From a virus: 64,000 nucleotides of DNA. The stretch is taken from UHGV virus genome UHGV-0028991; one strand, 5' to 3'. Shown here piece by piece: positions 37,502-46,874 of this stretch. Position 1 is the first letter of the stretch. Each line of letters starts with the position of its first letter. The position numbers and the translations under genes are program-made. Below the pieces are notes generated by a model. The model had not been told where the DNA came from and did not search any database. It saw nothing but the letters and a program-made list of their open reading frames with translations.

Positions 37502-37735
37502 ATGTTGTTAATTGCAGTTCCTTTGATGATGCTTTATTGCGTCTGTTATGGCATTGCTTGTTTCTTCAGGCATGTTGTTTTGGGCATCCCTTTTGATAAG
37601 GACGTTGCCAAGAAAAACAATCCCGAGCAATATAAAAAATGGGAAGAAGAAGATAGGCAGGCTGCAGAGCAGTACAGAAAAGAAGAAAAAGAGCATAACG
37701 ATTGGGGATTTATTGATTACTCCAAGAAAGATTGA
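37502..37735 (+). CDS. intron-encoded small membrane protein (77 aa), not a homing endonuclease
   Basis: AAGGTGGG RBS 8 nt upstream of the ATG. MLLIAVPLMMLYCVCYGIACFF transmembrane helix followed by a K/E-rich cytoplasmic tail. No nuclease motif. Confidence 0.5.
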   Translation: MLLIAVPLMMLYCVCYGIACFFRHVVLGIPFDKDVAKKNNPEQYKKWEEEDRQAAEQYRKEEKEHNDWGFIDYSKKD

Positions 37736-37748
37736 ATAAAAGTCCCAG

Positions 37749-37955
37749 ATGGTGGAAAGCGCTGCCCAATTTGCGAAAGCTGGATTTAATGAAACCGATG
37801 CTGCGCAATTAGCGAAAGTTTCCTCCATGTACCAAAACATTGCCGATGAGCAACTTTCGGCGGGCGAAGCATCTGAGTTTATTATTTCTCAGATGAAAGC
37901 ATTTAATATTACTGCTGAGGAAAGCTTACATATTGCTGATGCGGTTTACTTTTAA
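37749..37955 (+). CDS. tail tape-measure protein, exon 2
   Basis: MVESAAQFAKAGFNETDAAQLAKVSSMYQNIADEQLSAGEASEFIISQMKAFNITAEESLHIADAVYF resembles the tape-measure core domain; stop codon at the exon/intron junction. Confidence 0.55.
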   Translation: MVESAAQFAKAGFNETDAAQLAKVSSMYQNIADEQLSAGEASEFIISQMKAFNITAEESLHIADAVYF

Positions 37956-38322
37956 TTGGCCGCTACGAGGTGAATTGTCGGGGACGAGGGTTCAGCGCCC
38001 TATCTGCGCAATTTTATGCGTGGATGCCTAAAGATTTGAACACCAACCTATCATGGTGACATAGATGGGGGCTTAGAGTAATTAACTAAGGCATGGTAAA
38101 AGGTTCAAATATATATGGTCAATCCGCAACTAAGCGTCTGCATTGCAGATGAAAGCTCACAGACTATCCCATAGGTCTTAACAGACAATAGGAGTACGGC
38201 CCAAGCCAAGGGTGGGTGAGAACCCCTTAAATGGAAGCGCCTCGCTTTGGTATTTTACCAAGGAAGATATAGTCGGGTCTTATAAGAAATTTATAAGCGT
38301 TTGAATATTCAAACGGTCGTAG
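37956..38322 (+). mobile_element. group I intron 2 in the tape-measure gene (no ORF)
   Basis: All four conserved elements are present: P GAATTGTCGGGGACGAGGGTTCA (about 37972-37995), Q AATCCGCAAC (38121-38130), R GCTCACAGACTATCC (about 38155-38170), S AAGATATAGTCGGG (about 38264-38277). Confidence 0.65.
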
Positions 38323-38466
38323 TTGGCGGCTACGGCAAACTTATATCGCAATAACGTATCAAATAATATGTCTGTTTCTTCAGCAGATTTAGCTCGAAAC
38401 CTCGGAAATATGTCCGCCGCAATGTCTGTCGGCGGGAACACGATGGAAGAGAGCATTGGCTTAGGT
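38323..38466 (+). CDS. tail tape-measure protein, exon 3
   Basis: Frame open from 38323. Encodes ...NMSVSSADLARNLGNMSAAMSVGGNTMEESIGLG (tape-measure-like), then a stop at the junction. Confidence 0.5.
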
Positions 38467-38760
38467 TAATAGGTCAATTAAAAACCTATAAATTGACGGG
38501 AAGTTCCTTAGAGCTCTATATACTAAACCGTATTAGTAATAATGCGGCGGAGCAAGTAATGACTGCTGTATAGTAACAAATATAGAGATTGGATAATCCG
38601 CAGCAAGTTATCAATAGGTCATTGATAACTGTTCAACGACCAGTAAGCCCTACTAATTCAGTAGGCATACTCGCAAGCGCGGGGAAACATAGGTGAAAAA
38701 GATATGGTCTAATCTCTGTCGAAAGGCAGAGGGCTAATAAAGCCGTTTAGAGAGTAGCGT
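38467..38760 (+). mobile_element. group I intron 3 in the tape-measure gene (no ORF)
   Basis: P AATAATGCGGCGGAGCAAG (about 38541-38560), Q AATCCGCAGC (38595-38604, exact consensus), R CTGTTCAACGACCAGTA (about 38631-38647), S AAAGATATGGTCTAA (about 38707-38721). The 3-prime boundary is approximate. Confidence 0.6.
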
Positions 38761-41731
38761 CTCTAAGCAAATAAATTATGTATTAACTGGCATTACCGAG
38801 ATTACTCGTTCAGCGGCATCCGCATCTCGTGCATTAGTCACAATCCAAAGCAGATTTAATCAGATTGTAGATGAATCTTCAAGCACTGGTCAGAATCTGT
38901 TAAAATGGTACACAAAGCACGGAATTGCAGTTAAGGATGATGCTGGGCAGTTAAGGTCGCTGTATGATGTTATGTCCGACCTTGCGCCTAAGTGGAACTC
39001 ACTTACCAAGAATGAGCAATCTTATTTCATGCAACAGGCGGCGGGTGCCCGGCAATCTCAAAATCTCGCCGCATTGCTTTCTAACTTTAAGGGCGTTCAA
39101 GAAGCAACTGCCCTTGCATATGATTCTTCAGGTTCGGCAGCAGCAGAAAATGCAAAAGTCCTTGAATCTCTTGATGCAAAAACAACCGCATTAAAAGCAA
39201 CATGGCAAGATTTTGCAAACAAAACCATTGACAGCGAATTAGTTAAGTCTTTGCTTAACTTGGCTAATGGCGCGTTAAAAGTATTGAACACCGAAGCAGG
39301 CAGAACTTTAACACAATTTGTTTTGCTGAGCGGCGTTTTCACTGGGCTCGGCGGAATTATTGCGCAGGTCATTCCGGTCGCAATAAAATCGATAAAAGCA
39401 TTTACATCTGTTTTGGCTGGCGCGACAACTGGCGTAAAAGCATTGCAGGCGTCTGTGCCTGTCATTGGCATTGCAATGGCGGCGCTAACGGTTATGATAG
39501 GGCTTGTTAAAGATGCTTATGATGCGCAGTATGGCACAATCAACAAGATAAACAAGTCCATAGAAACAATTAACGCCACCTATACCGATGCCACAAATGT
39601 TGCTAAGGCAAATGCCGAACAGGCAAAATATTTGGTTGGGGTAATTTCAGACCTTAACAAGGTTGAGAATATGTCTACGAGTGAGGCGTATAAGTACAAA
39701 AGCGCTGTAGACCAACTTAATAAAATTTACCCCGACTTGAATCTCAGCATTGGCGAACACACTGGCAAAATCCAAGAAGATACTGGTGCAATTTATAAAC
39801 GCATCGAAGCGATGAAGCAAGAGGCGCTTCAAGCGGCGTTGCAAGAAAAGCAAGCGGCTTATTATGGGCAAATAATAGAGTCAAAAGCATCTCGCGAATC
39901 TGCAGGCGATGAACTACGCGCTGAGATACAAGAGCTCCAAGAAAAGCTAAAACAACTCAGAGACGCGTTCGGATTCGATATAACGGGACTCGGAGAAAAC
40001 CTTGATGTCGATGTCTCTTTAATGGATACGGATAGTCTGATTCGCTTTTACGAGAATTTCCTTCGATATGGAACATTCCCGAGCTATATGTCAAAAGAGA
40101 TTAGCGCTACCATTGAAGAAATAAGGCAGTATGACGAGGCGATTGAAAACGCGGAAGGAAAATTAGAAGGAGCTAATGATGCGGCTCAATCGCTCGGGGA
40201 AACTGTTGTAAACCTTAACACCCAAGCAGGCAAAAATGCAGGAGCAACAAAAACTCAGCGAGATAATGTTGACAATCTCGTAAAAGCACAAAATGCATTA
40301 AACAAGGCAATTCAGGACTACAATGCTTATGGCGGTTTGCAATCTGAAACGCAAGAAGCATTAGACGAAGCGTTGCCTGGTCTAAACGAACTGCTTTATG
40401 ACGAAACAGGCGCGTTGACGTCTGCTGGTAAAGCCGCGTTGCGCGGAAGCAAGGAATTGGCGCAATTCGTTCTGTTGCAAAAACAAGAGGAATTACAGGC
40501 TCAGAAAACGGCATTGTCGCACGCCGAAGCCGCAAAAGCAGAGGCGCTAAGATTCAGGACAAGGCAGAGTTTAATGGGGCAAACACAGCTTTTGTCAATA
40601 GCTGAAGAAGCCGAAGCTGAAGCAGCCCGACAGGATGCATTAGCAACCGCTGCAGAACAGAACATAAAAAATATCGAAGATGAGATTGCGTGGCTGGAAC
40701 AACTGCTCGCAACATACAGCTCTGGTTCGAGTGCCGCATCTTCCGCCGCCGACGCTTACAAAAAAGCATTTACAGACTGGCTTGCATATAAAGACCATCA
40801 ACTTGCAATGGACGAAATCACAGAAGAGCAGTATTATGCTGAGCTTACTGAAATGGTCGATAAATTCTTTAAGGGCAGAGCTGAATATCAAGAAGAATAT
40901 TGGCAATACTCTGAAAAGATTTATGCGTATGAAAAGAAGCGCATGCAAGAGCTGGTCGAAGAATCGACTAAGGCGGTCGAGGACGCAGTTGATAAAATCA
41001 ACGAAAAGTACGATTCTGAGTTGTCGCGGCTTGAAGAAGTCAACGATGCCCTGTCCGACCAAATTGAATACGAGAAACTGCTCGATGAAATGGCTAAGGC
41101 AAGGGAGCAGAAAAAGCTTGTATACAAAGACGGTCGATTCCAGTATGTGCAAGATGTGGATGCAATATCTGCCGCGCAGGCTAAGCTTGATGAATATAAT
41201 CGCAACAAGGGCTTAGAAGCAAGTAAAGCTGATATTGAAGCCCGCAGAAAAGCAGAGGTCAGACAGACCATTCTCGACAAGATGCAGGCTAATAGCGCAG
41301 CATGGGCAACATCAAGTAGTCCCGCTGAGCGTGAGGCATTGCATAATGCAAATGTTGAGCTGGCGAAACTGCTTGAAGATAATTCGACCTATGATGCCGC
41401 AACGGGCAAATGGTCAAGCTATGCGGGCGGCACACTTGGTGCGGCTGGCGGAATGAGCCTTGTCGGAGAGAATGGTCCCGAAATGCGTATTCTTAATCGC
41501 GGCGACGGCATACTCACAAGTGGCGTTACTAAGAATTTGTTCGCATGGGGCAGCACGTCTCCGAGCGATTTTGTATCTGCACTCAAGGGCTTAATGGGCT
41601 TTAAGCTTGGCAATTCCAGCAACACTACTGTGAATGTCAGCAACCTTGAATTGCCCAATGTAACAAATGCAAGAGAGTTTGTAACCGGGCTGAAAAATCT
41701 TGCACTTCAATATGCTTACGAGAGGGGATAA
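38741..41731 (+). CDS. tail tape-measure protein, exon 4 (main body)
   Basis: Frame open from 38741; first ATG at 38972. Long Ala/Gln-rich coiled-coil, a transmembrane-like segment (LLSGVFTGLGGIIAQVIPVAI), and a C-terminal region typical of tape-measure proteins. About 990 codons. Confidence 0.7.
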   Translation, partial: SRLESSVSKQINYVLTGITEITRSAASASRALVTIQSRFNQIVDESSSTGQNLLKWYTKHGIAVKDDAGQLRSLYDVMSDLAPKWNSLTKNEQSYFMQQAAGARQSQNLAALLSNFKGVQEATALAYDSSGSAAAENAKVLESLDAKTTALKATWQDFANKTIDSELVKSLLNLANGALKVLNTEAGRTLTQFVLLSGVFTGLGGIIAQVIPVAIKSIKAFTSVLAGATTGVKALQASVPVIGIAMAALTVMIGLVKDAYDAQYGTINKINKSIETINATYTDATNVAKANAEQAKYLVGVISDLNKVENMSTSEAYKYKSAVDQLNKIYPDLNLSIGEHTGKIQEDTGAIYKRIEAMKQEALQAALQEKQAAYYGQIIESKASRESAGDELRAEIQELQEKLKQLRDAFGFDITGLGENLDVDVSLMDTDSLIRFYENFLRYGTFPSYMSKEISATIEEIRQYDEAIENAEGKLEGANDAAQSLGETVVNLNTQAGKNAGATKTQRDNVDNLVKAQNALNKAIQDYNAYGGLQSETQEALDEALPGLNELLYDETGALTSAGKAALRGSKELAQFVLLQKQEELQAQKTALSHAEAAKAEALRFRTRQSLMGQTQLLSIAEEAEAEAARQDALATAAEQNIKNIEDEIAWLEQLLATYSSGSSAASSAADAYKKAFTDWLAYKDHQLAMDEITEEQYYAELTEMVDKFFKGRAEYQEEYWQYSEKIYAYEKKRMQELVEESTKAVEDAVDKINEKYDSELSRLEEVNDALSDQIEYEKLLDEMAKAREQKKLVYKDGRFQYVQDVDAISAAQAKLDEYNRNKGLEASKADIEARRKAEVRQTILDKMQANSAAWATSSSPAEREALHNANVELAKLLEDNSTYDAATGKWSSYAGGTLGAAGGMSLVGENGPEMRILNRGDGILTSGVTKNLFAWGSTSPSDFVSALKGLMGFKLGNSSNTTVNVSNLELPNVTNAREFVTGLKNLALQYAYERG

Positions 41732-41980
41732 TTGGGTATAATGGACGAGCATAAAGAATTATTCGATGCAATTACAATTCTGATTGACAAGAAAATGCAG
41801 AAATGCACACAAGTATTCAATGGAATTGTGACCCTCTCTTTAAATACAAATGTCACTGTCAATGGCAAGGCATATAAATTGCCCGTGTATGGCGGGAACG
41901 TATCTGCCCTTGTCGATAGCACCGTTGTTAAAGTAATCGTCCCACAGGGCGATTTTTCGCAAGCATTCATACTTATTTAA
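41732..41980 (+). CDS. hypothetical small protein (82 aa)
   Basis: Translationally coupled to the tape-measure gene. Confidence 0.3.
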   Translation: MGIMDEHKELFDAITILIDKKMQKCTQVFNGIVTLSLNTNVTVNGKAYKLPVYGGNVSALVDSTVVKVIVPQGDFSQAFILI

Positions 41981-42001
41981 GAATAAACGGAGGTAATAGT
42001 T

Positions 42002-42883
42002 ATGGCAAACATGAACGCAATTGATGTTTCGTTGTATCAGACTATTTATGACGCGAACGCACTGAAGCAGGACGGCATTAAGCTGTGCATGATTAAGGCT
42101 TCGCAGGGCAGATATTTGAACGGCTATGGTAGCTTCTTCAAAGACAGAAAAATGGACGAGCACGCACAGAAATGCATTAACGCCCATTTGCCAATTGGCT
42201 TCTATCATTTTCTTTGCGCATTTAATGTACAGGAAGCCAAGCAGGAAGCCAAGAAGTTTTTGAAAGCAATTAAGCCGTATGCGCAGTATGTGTCTTATGT
42301 GGCTCTCGACTGCGAGAATTATAACAACACGGCGTTGTTGTGTCAGAATAGAACGCAGTTGACCGAGTCTTGTAACGCATTTATGAAAATTTGCGAAGAC
42401 GAGGGCTATCTGCCCATGCTGTATACAAACCCCGACCATCTGAGAAACAAGCTTTATGCCGAGCGCATTAAGTACCCGCTGTGGGTAGCACTGTACGGTG
42501 AGGCTAAGCCGCAGTATGACGCAATGATTATGTGGCAGAAGGGTCCTGTTAGTCCGAACGGTGTGACGGCTAATACTGACGGAAACATCTGCTATATTGC
42601 GGATGCCGCACTCGCTGTTGTAGAACTTGCAGAAAAGGGATTTATTGCATCTCCGACATATTGGATTAACCAACTTGATAATGTTAAGTGGTTGCCTGAA
42701 TTGTTTGTTCAGGTAAACGGCGTGTTTAATTATCGCATTGGTCGTTCTAAGACGGTCGATGAAGCATGCAACTATATGAAAGAGCAGGGCGCAATGAACA
42801 GCCCTGAATACTGGATTGCACAGTCCAAAAAGGTCAAGCACCTTGCCGATTTGCTGAAGAACTTTGGTGGCGGCAGAAAATAA
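42002..42883 (+). CDS. GH25 muramidase (lysin) with two C-terminal cell-wall-binding-type repeats (293 aa)
   Basis: IDVSLYQ...KASQG...GFYHF is the GH25 (Cpl-1-type) catalytic signature. C-terminal approximate repeats ASPTYWINQLDNVKWLPELF and MNSPEYWIAQSKKVKHLADLL. Confidence 0.7.
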   Translation: MANMNAIDVSLYQTIYDANALKQDGIKLCMIKASQGRYLNGYGSFFKDRKMDEHAQKCINAHLPIGFYHFLCAFNVQEAKQEAKKFLKAIKPYAQYVSYVALDCENYNNTALLCQNRTQLTESCNAFMKICEDEGYLPMLYTNPDHLRNKLYAERIKYPLWVALYGEAKPQYDAMIMWQKGPVSPNGVTANTDGNICYIADAALAVVELAEKGFIASPTYWINQLDNVKWLPELFVQVNGVFNYRIGRSKTVDEACNYMKEQGAMNSPEYWIAQSKKVKHLADLLKNFGGGRK

Positions 42884-42901
42884 TATATATAATGTCCAAC
42901 G

Positions 42902-42930
42902 AGGGCGGGCATAGTCTCGCCCTTTGTTCG
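42902..42930 (+). terminator. rho-independent terminator
   Basis: AGGGCG-ggcatagtct-CGCCCT followed by TTGTT. Confidence 0.45.
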
Positions 42931-42952
42931 GGCTTATGAAAGGAGCAATTAA

Positions 42953-43864
42953 ATGATTTCTTTTTTGGGGTATAATTTTTGCTCCGATGGGAATAGCATA
43001 GACCCTATTCCGACAGATGTAAATAATGTTATAAAGACGCAAATTCAAGCAGGCACATTTTCGCATCTGCATGTGTCTAAGAACATAGACAAAGAGCCAA
43101 TATTTGATATTCCGCTCGAATGGGATGTTGATACAATCATGGACTGTGATTTCGATAATAATATTTCGGCGGGCAGCGTTACTAGGATTATTTCTGATAT
43201 TGACAAGATGATTATTCGTCGCGCCCCTGTCGGAACATATGATTGGATTACAATTAAAGTCATTGATATTAAGAACGACCCGTCCTCACTTGGCGGGGCA
43301 TTCATTGATGCATTGACCGCAAATGGCATTGAGTATGAGTACCAATTCATTCCTGTGTCGGGAAGTACAGAAGGAACGCCAATTACAGAGACAATTCTTT
43401 CTAATTTCAAAGGTGTATTTTTGTGTGATTCCAATACTGCCTTTCGCATGTATTACGGCGTATCTTTTGGTGAAACAACCACAAATCAGCAGATAGGCAC
43501 ATTTACACCTTATGGCAGAAGATACCCTGTGGTTGTGTCTAATGCATTGACCAATTATCAGACGGGCTCAGTATCTACAAGAGTTGTGCCCGCCGATTTT
43601 GAAGAGACCAGATATATGGACGGTCGTAAGGTGGCACAGGCAGAAAAAGTGCTACAGGCATTCTTAACCAACAAGAAGCCGAAAGTGCTAAAAGATGATA
43701 ATGGCAGAGAATGGCTGTGCATTATCACGACCCCGCCGACAATTTCATACGACAACAACTATGGCAGAGGGGCAATTACGGTTGATGCAGGATGGACTGA
43801 AATTGGCGATGCTAATTCAGAGGACGACTTGCAGGGTGCGGGGCTGATTGCAAAGGAGGGTTGA
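42953..43864 (+). CDS. distal tail protein candidate (303 aa)
   Basis: Position after the tape-measure/lysin genes and before the large tail-associated protein; predicted beta-rich. Confidence 0.4.
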   Translation: MISFLGYNFCSDGNSIDPIPTDVNNVIKTQIQAGTFSHLHVSKNIDKEPIFDIPLEWDVDTIMDCDFDNNISAGSVTRIISDIDKMIIRRAPVGTYDWITIKVIDIKNDPSSLGGAFIDALTANGIEYEYQFIPVSGSTEGTPITETILSNFKGVFLCDSNTAFRMYYGVSFGETTTNQQIGTFTPYGRRYPVVVSNALTNYQTGSVSTRVVPADFEETRYMDGRKVAQAEKVLQAFLTNKKPKVLKDDNGREWLCIITTPPTISYDNNYGRGAITVDAGWTEIGDANSEDDLQGAGLIAKEG

Positions 43865-43867
43865 TAT

Positions 43868-45331
43868 ATGGCGATTGATATTAAGAGCGAAGATTATGAT
43901 ATCTTAAAGCAACCATATATCAACAAATACCTGAGAGTTGACCTGCTTGATTTTGATTACAATGTTATCAGAGATATTACAGGGCATTTGACCAAATGTT
44001 CTGTTTCGGTCGATGCTGATAGTGATTTAAGGCGCAACTGTGATGTGTCTATGGTTATAACCGACGATACGGTAGATATTTCGCCTGAGGGCGGCATTTG
44101 GCTTAATAGGTATATACAACCATATGTTGGCTACGAAAACGCATACACGGGCAAAATACAGTGGTATAATCAAGGCATATACTTAATCAACGAGCCGACA
44201 TGGCAGTATGATGCATCGACAAACGAATTATCGTTTAAGGGCGTTGACCTTATGGCAAAAATGACGGGGATTAGAAACGGCAATCTTGAGGGTGTTCCTA
44301 CAGTTGTGCCGCAAGGCTTTGATGTTCGTGGGGCAATCATACAATTGCTTGAAATGAGCGGCTTTACAAGCTATATTGTAGATGAATGTGTAAATGACCT
44401 CGGTGGCGTACAAGAAGTGCCGTATGATATACAGGTCGAACAGGGCGGAACAGTATACGACATGCTTTCAAAGTTGCGGGATATTGTTCCTAATTATCAA
44501 ATGTATTTTGATGTAAACGGAACGTTCCATTACAACAGAATTCCAAGTGGAGCAAATGAAGCAATCTCCGTTACTGATGATTTGTGGGACGATATATTGA
44601 TTTCCGAATCAAACGATGTTTCGTTTGAAGAGGTCAAGAATACAATTGAGGTGTATGGCAAGACGCATTCGACCGATAACTATCCGACTGAAATAACCGC
44701 AACAGAATCAGAGGGGACTATCGCTCTAACGATACCATCATTGTCTGATTCTACATTGCCCGAATATACATTGATTGCATTTAATCTTGAGTCCGCATTT
44801 GAGCCGCCCAATGTTTGGGGTGGTATTAGGGTTAGCGTCACTAACTCTAAAGACCCAAGAGAGTTCTATATAGTCAATGGCGCGGACGAGAATATTTTGC
44901 GACTTGAAGCGGGCTATCATGTGATGCATATTCATAAATTTGCGGGCAACTGGTATTGGCTGTATTTAGGCGGACTTCAGGCTCATGCCGTAGTGCGGGA
45001 AACCAACAGACAAAGTCCGTTTAATATATATGACAATGGTATTATTCGAGTTGTGTTGTCGGGTGGCGATTATGACAATATTACTTCGGACGAATTGGCA
45101 AAAGAGCGGGCGCAACTTGAACTATACTGGAAATGTAGACTTAAAGATTCGGTCGCATTATCTGTAATCCCTATTCCTTGGCTTGATGTGAATATTCTTG
45201 TTTCTCACGCATTAAGAGATGAAACAGAAGAAAAGCAATGGATGATTAAATCGTTTTCGGTCGATTATGGCGAGATTTCAGAGATGAAAATTGAAATGAT
45301 TGCATATTATCCGTATTATGAGGAGGTGTAA
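43868..45331 (+). CDS. tail-associated lysin/baseplate hub candidate (487 aa)
   Basis: Position and size. Confidence 0.4.
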   Translation: MAIDIKSEDYDILKQPYINKYLRVDLLDFDYNVIRDITGHLTKCSVSVDADSDLRRNCDVSMVITDDTVDISPEGGIWLNRYIQPYVGYENAYTGKIQWYNQGIYLINEPTWQYDASTNELSFKGVDLMAKMTGIRNGNLEGVPTVVPQGFDVRGAIIQLLEMSGFTSYIVDECVNDLGGVQEVPYDIQVEQGGTVYDMLSKLRDIVPNYQMYFDVNGTFHYNRIPSGANEAISVTDDLWDDILISESNDVSFEEVKNTIEVYGKTHSTDNYPTEITATESEGTIALTIPSLSDSTLPEYTLIAFNLESAFEPPNVWGGIRVSVTNSKDPREFYIVNGADENILRLEAGYHVMHIHKFAGNWYWLYLGGLQAHAVVRETNRQSPFNIYDNGIIRVVLSGGDYDNITSDELAKERAQLELYWKCRLKDSVALSVIPIPWLDVNILVSHALRDETEEKQWMIKSFSVDYGEISEMKIEMIAYYPYYEEV

Positions 45332-45334
45332 TAT

Positions 45335-45655
45335 ATGGCTACAAAATTTCCTAACGACATTGATACATTCCCGACAATGCAAGACATTACGGCGGCGGAC
45401 GCAAGCAAGCTAAGCCAATTTCAAGCGCTTATGCAGACGGGCAATTTTGCAGAAGCAAGAAACATTCTCCTGCAAATTACGGACTATGACAAAAAGATTG
45501 TTACGGCAAGTTTGTTGAATGATATGCTTGATGCGCTTACCGCGCTTGAAAAATATTATGCAGACAGATGGTCGCCCGCAATTATTTGTTCTGAAACAAA
45601 GCCTCTTGGGCAAGAAGATGGTGATTATTGGTTCCAGATTGTAGGTGAGGCTTGA
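45335..45655 (+). CDS. hypothetical tail protein (106 aa)
   Basis: Position. Confidence 0.3.
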   Translation: MATKFPNDIDTFPTMQDITAADASKLSQFQALMQTGNFAEARNILLQITDYDKKIVTASLLNDMLDALTALEKYYADRWSPAIICSETKPLGQEDGDYWFQIVGEA

Positions 45656-46392
45656 TGGTAAAATATCAAGACATAAGTTTCACGAATAAACAGGCGCGAG
45701 ACAAATTTAAGAACAAGTGGATTGCCGCCGATTATGCTACGGCAATTGCTATGCTGTCTGATACTGCATTAGATGACAAGGTTGTTAATGCAAGTGTATT
45801 TAATGACCTTGCCACAAAGATAGTTGAAGCCGAAGAGCGAGAGGACATTAACTTTCCAGAGTATAGACTTGATGAGCCGTCGTTTCAAGTACCGACATCC
45901 GGGAAAAAAGGTAGCTTGCAATTTGTTTATACCAATTGGCAGAGCGGCGATTTTCAGTCTGTGCAGCTATATGAGTATGATGGCACACAATGGAACCCGT
46001 GCTACTTCAAGATTTCGCCCAAAGTTCAAGCAAAGATTGATGCACAAACCGCTGACATTGCCGAGCTTACTAATTTAACGCCGTCTATGCAGACAAATGT
46101 GTTGCTCAAAGATGGGCTTAACACAGATATTGGCAGTGCTGTAATTGACAATATTAGCGCTTACAGCCTGATTGTTTTAAGAACATCGGCTGGCGATGCG
46201 GTTATTTACTTAGACGAAAGTAGCAATAGCGGATGCGCATATATTTATAATTATGCAAGCCAAGAGGGACAAAGGGGATATTATGCATATGCTAAGCGCA
46301 CATCTACTGGCGTTGATTTCAGAACAACAAGAGTTAGCCAAAGCACAGGCGTTTCATATGCAATTGTATATTCAATCTATGGAATTATTTGA
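45652..46392 (+). CDS. hypothetical tail protein (246 aa)
   Basis: Position. Confidence 0.3.
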   Translation: MMVKYQDISFTNKQARDKFKNKWIAADYATAIAMLSDTALDDKVVNASVFNDLATKIVEAEEREDINFPEYRLDEPSFQVPTSGKKGSLQFVYTNWQSGDFQSVQLYEYDGTQWNPCYFKISPKVQAKIDAQTADIAELTNLTPSMQTNVLLKDGLNTDIGSAVIDNISAYSLIVLRTSAGDAVIYLDESSNSGCAYIYNYASQEGQRGYYAYAKRTSTGVDFRTTRVSQSTGVSYAIVYSIYGII

Positions 46393-46406
46393 GAGGGGGC
46401 GGACAT

Positions 46407-46874
46407 ATGGCAAATTATGAAGTACAAATTAAGCTGAGAACAGATGGAGCGTATAGCAATTTATATCCAACCGTGCCGCCTGCTGTTTCGGAACAAATAA
46501 CAAAGAATGCGCAGGATATTAGTACACTCAAAAACAAGGCGTTGCCAGCTAAGCCGAATCAACGGTTATATTATAATGCTGCTGGCGGTGGAAGTGTCGT
46601 GGTTCTTACGGCGCCCGATTTATTAAAATATAGTTGCGTTGTTGCAACAGTCAAAACGACCGACGGAACAATCATAAACACTGCTCCGATGTATTTTAAC
46701 GGGAATACAGCCAGCGGCTTTGCTTCTGAATGGGGCGCAGCATCTGTAAAGTGTGTCGTAAATGTTGCTCGACATCAGCCAAATACATTGGGCGAAACTG
46801 GCGAGATTAGCGTTTTTAATGCAACGGCGAGTGGCGCAGGCGGCAGCCTAATTGCTTTGATTGGGGTGATTTAA
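46407..46874 (+). CDS. hypothetical tail protein (about 155 aa)
   Basis: GAGGGGG RBS before MANYEVQIKL. Confidence 0.3.
   Translation: MANYEVQIKLRTDGAYSNLYPTVPPAVSEQITKNAQDISTLKNKALPAKPNQRLYYNAAGGGSVVVLTAPDLLKYSCVVATVKTTDGTIINTAPMYFNGNTASGFASEWGAASVKCVVNVARHQPNTLGETGEISVFNATASGAGGSLIALIGVI

Larger units (their letters stand above)
37153..37748 (+). mobile_element. group I intron 1 in the tape-measure gene (carries a promoter and a small membrane-protein gene)
   Basis: R-like TCAAGAGACTCTA at about 37368-37381 and S-like GAAGAAATAGTCCAG at about 37411-37425 (P7 pairing GACUC/UAGUC). P/Q-like GATTGGGCGCGAAGTCCCGAACAG at about 37338-37362. The 3-prime end is a G at 37748, immediately before tape-measure exon 2. 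Confidence 0.55.
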
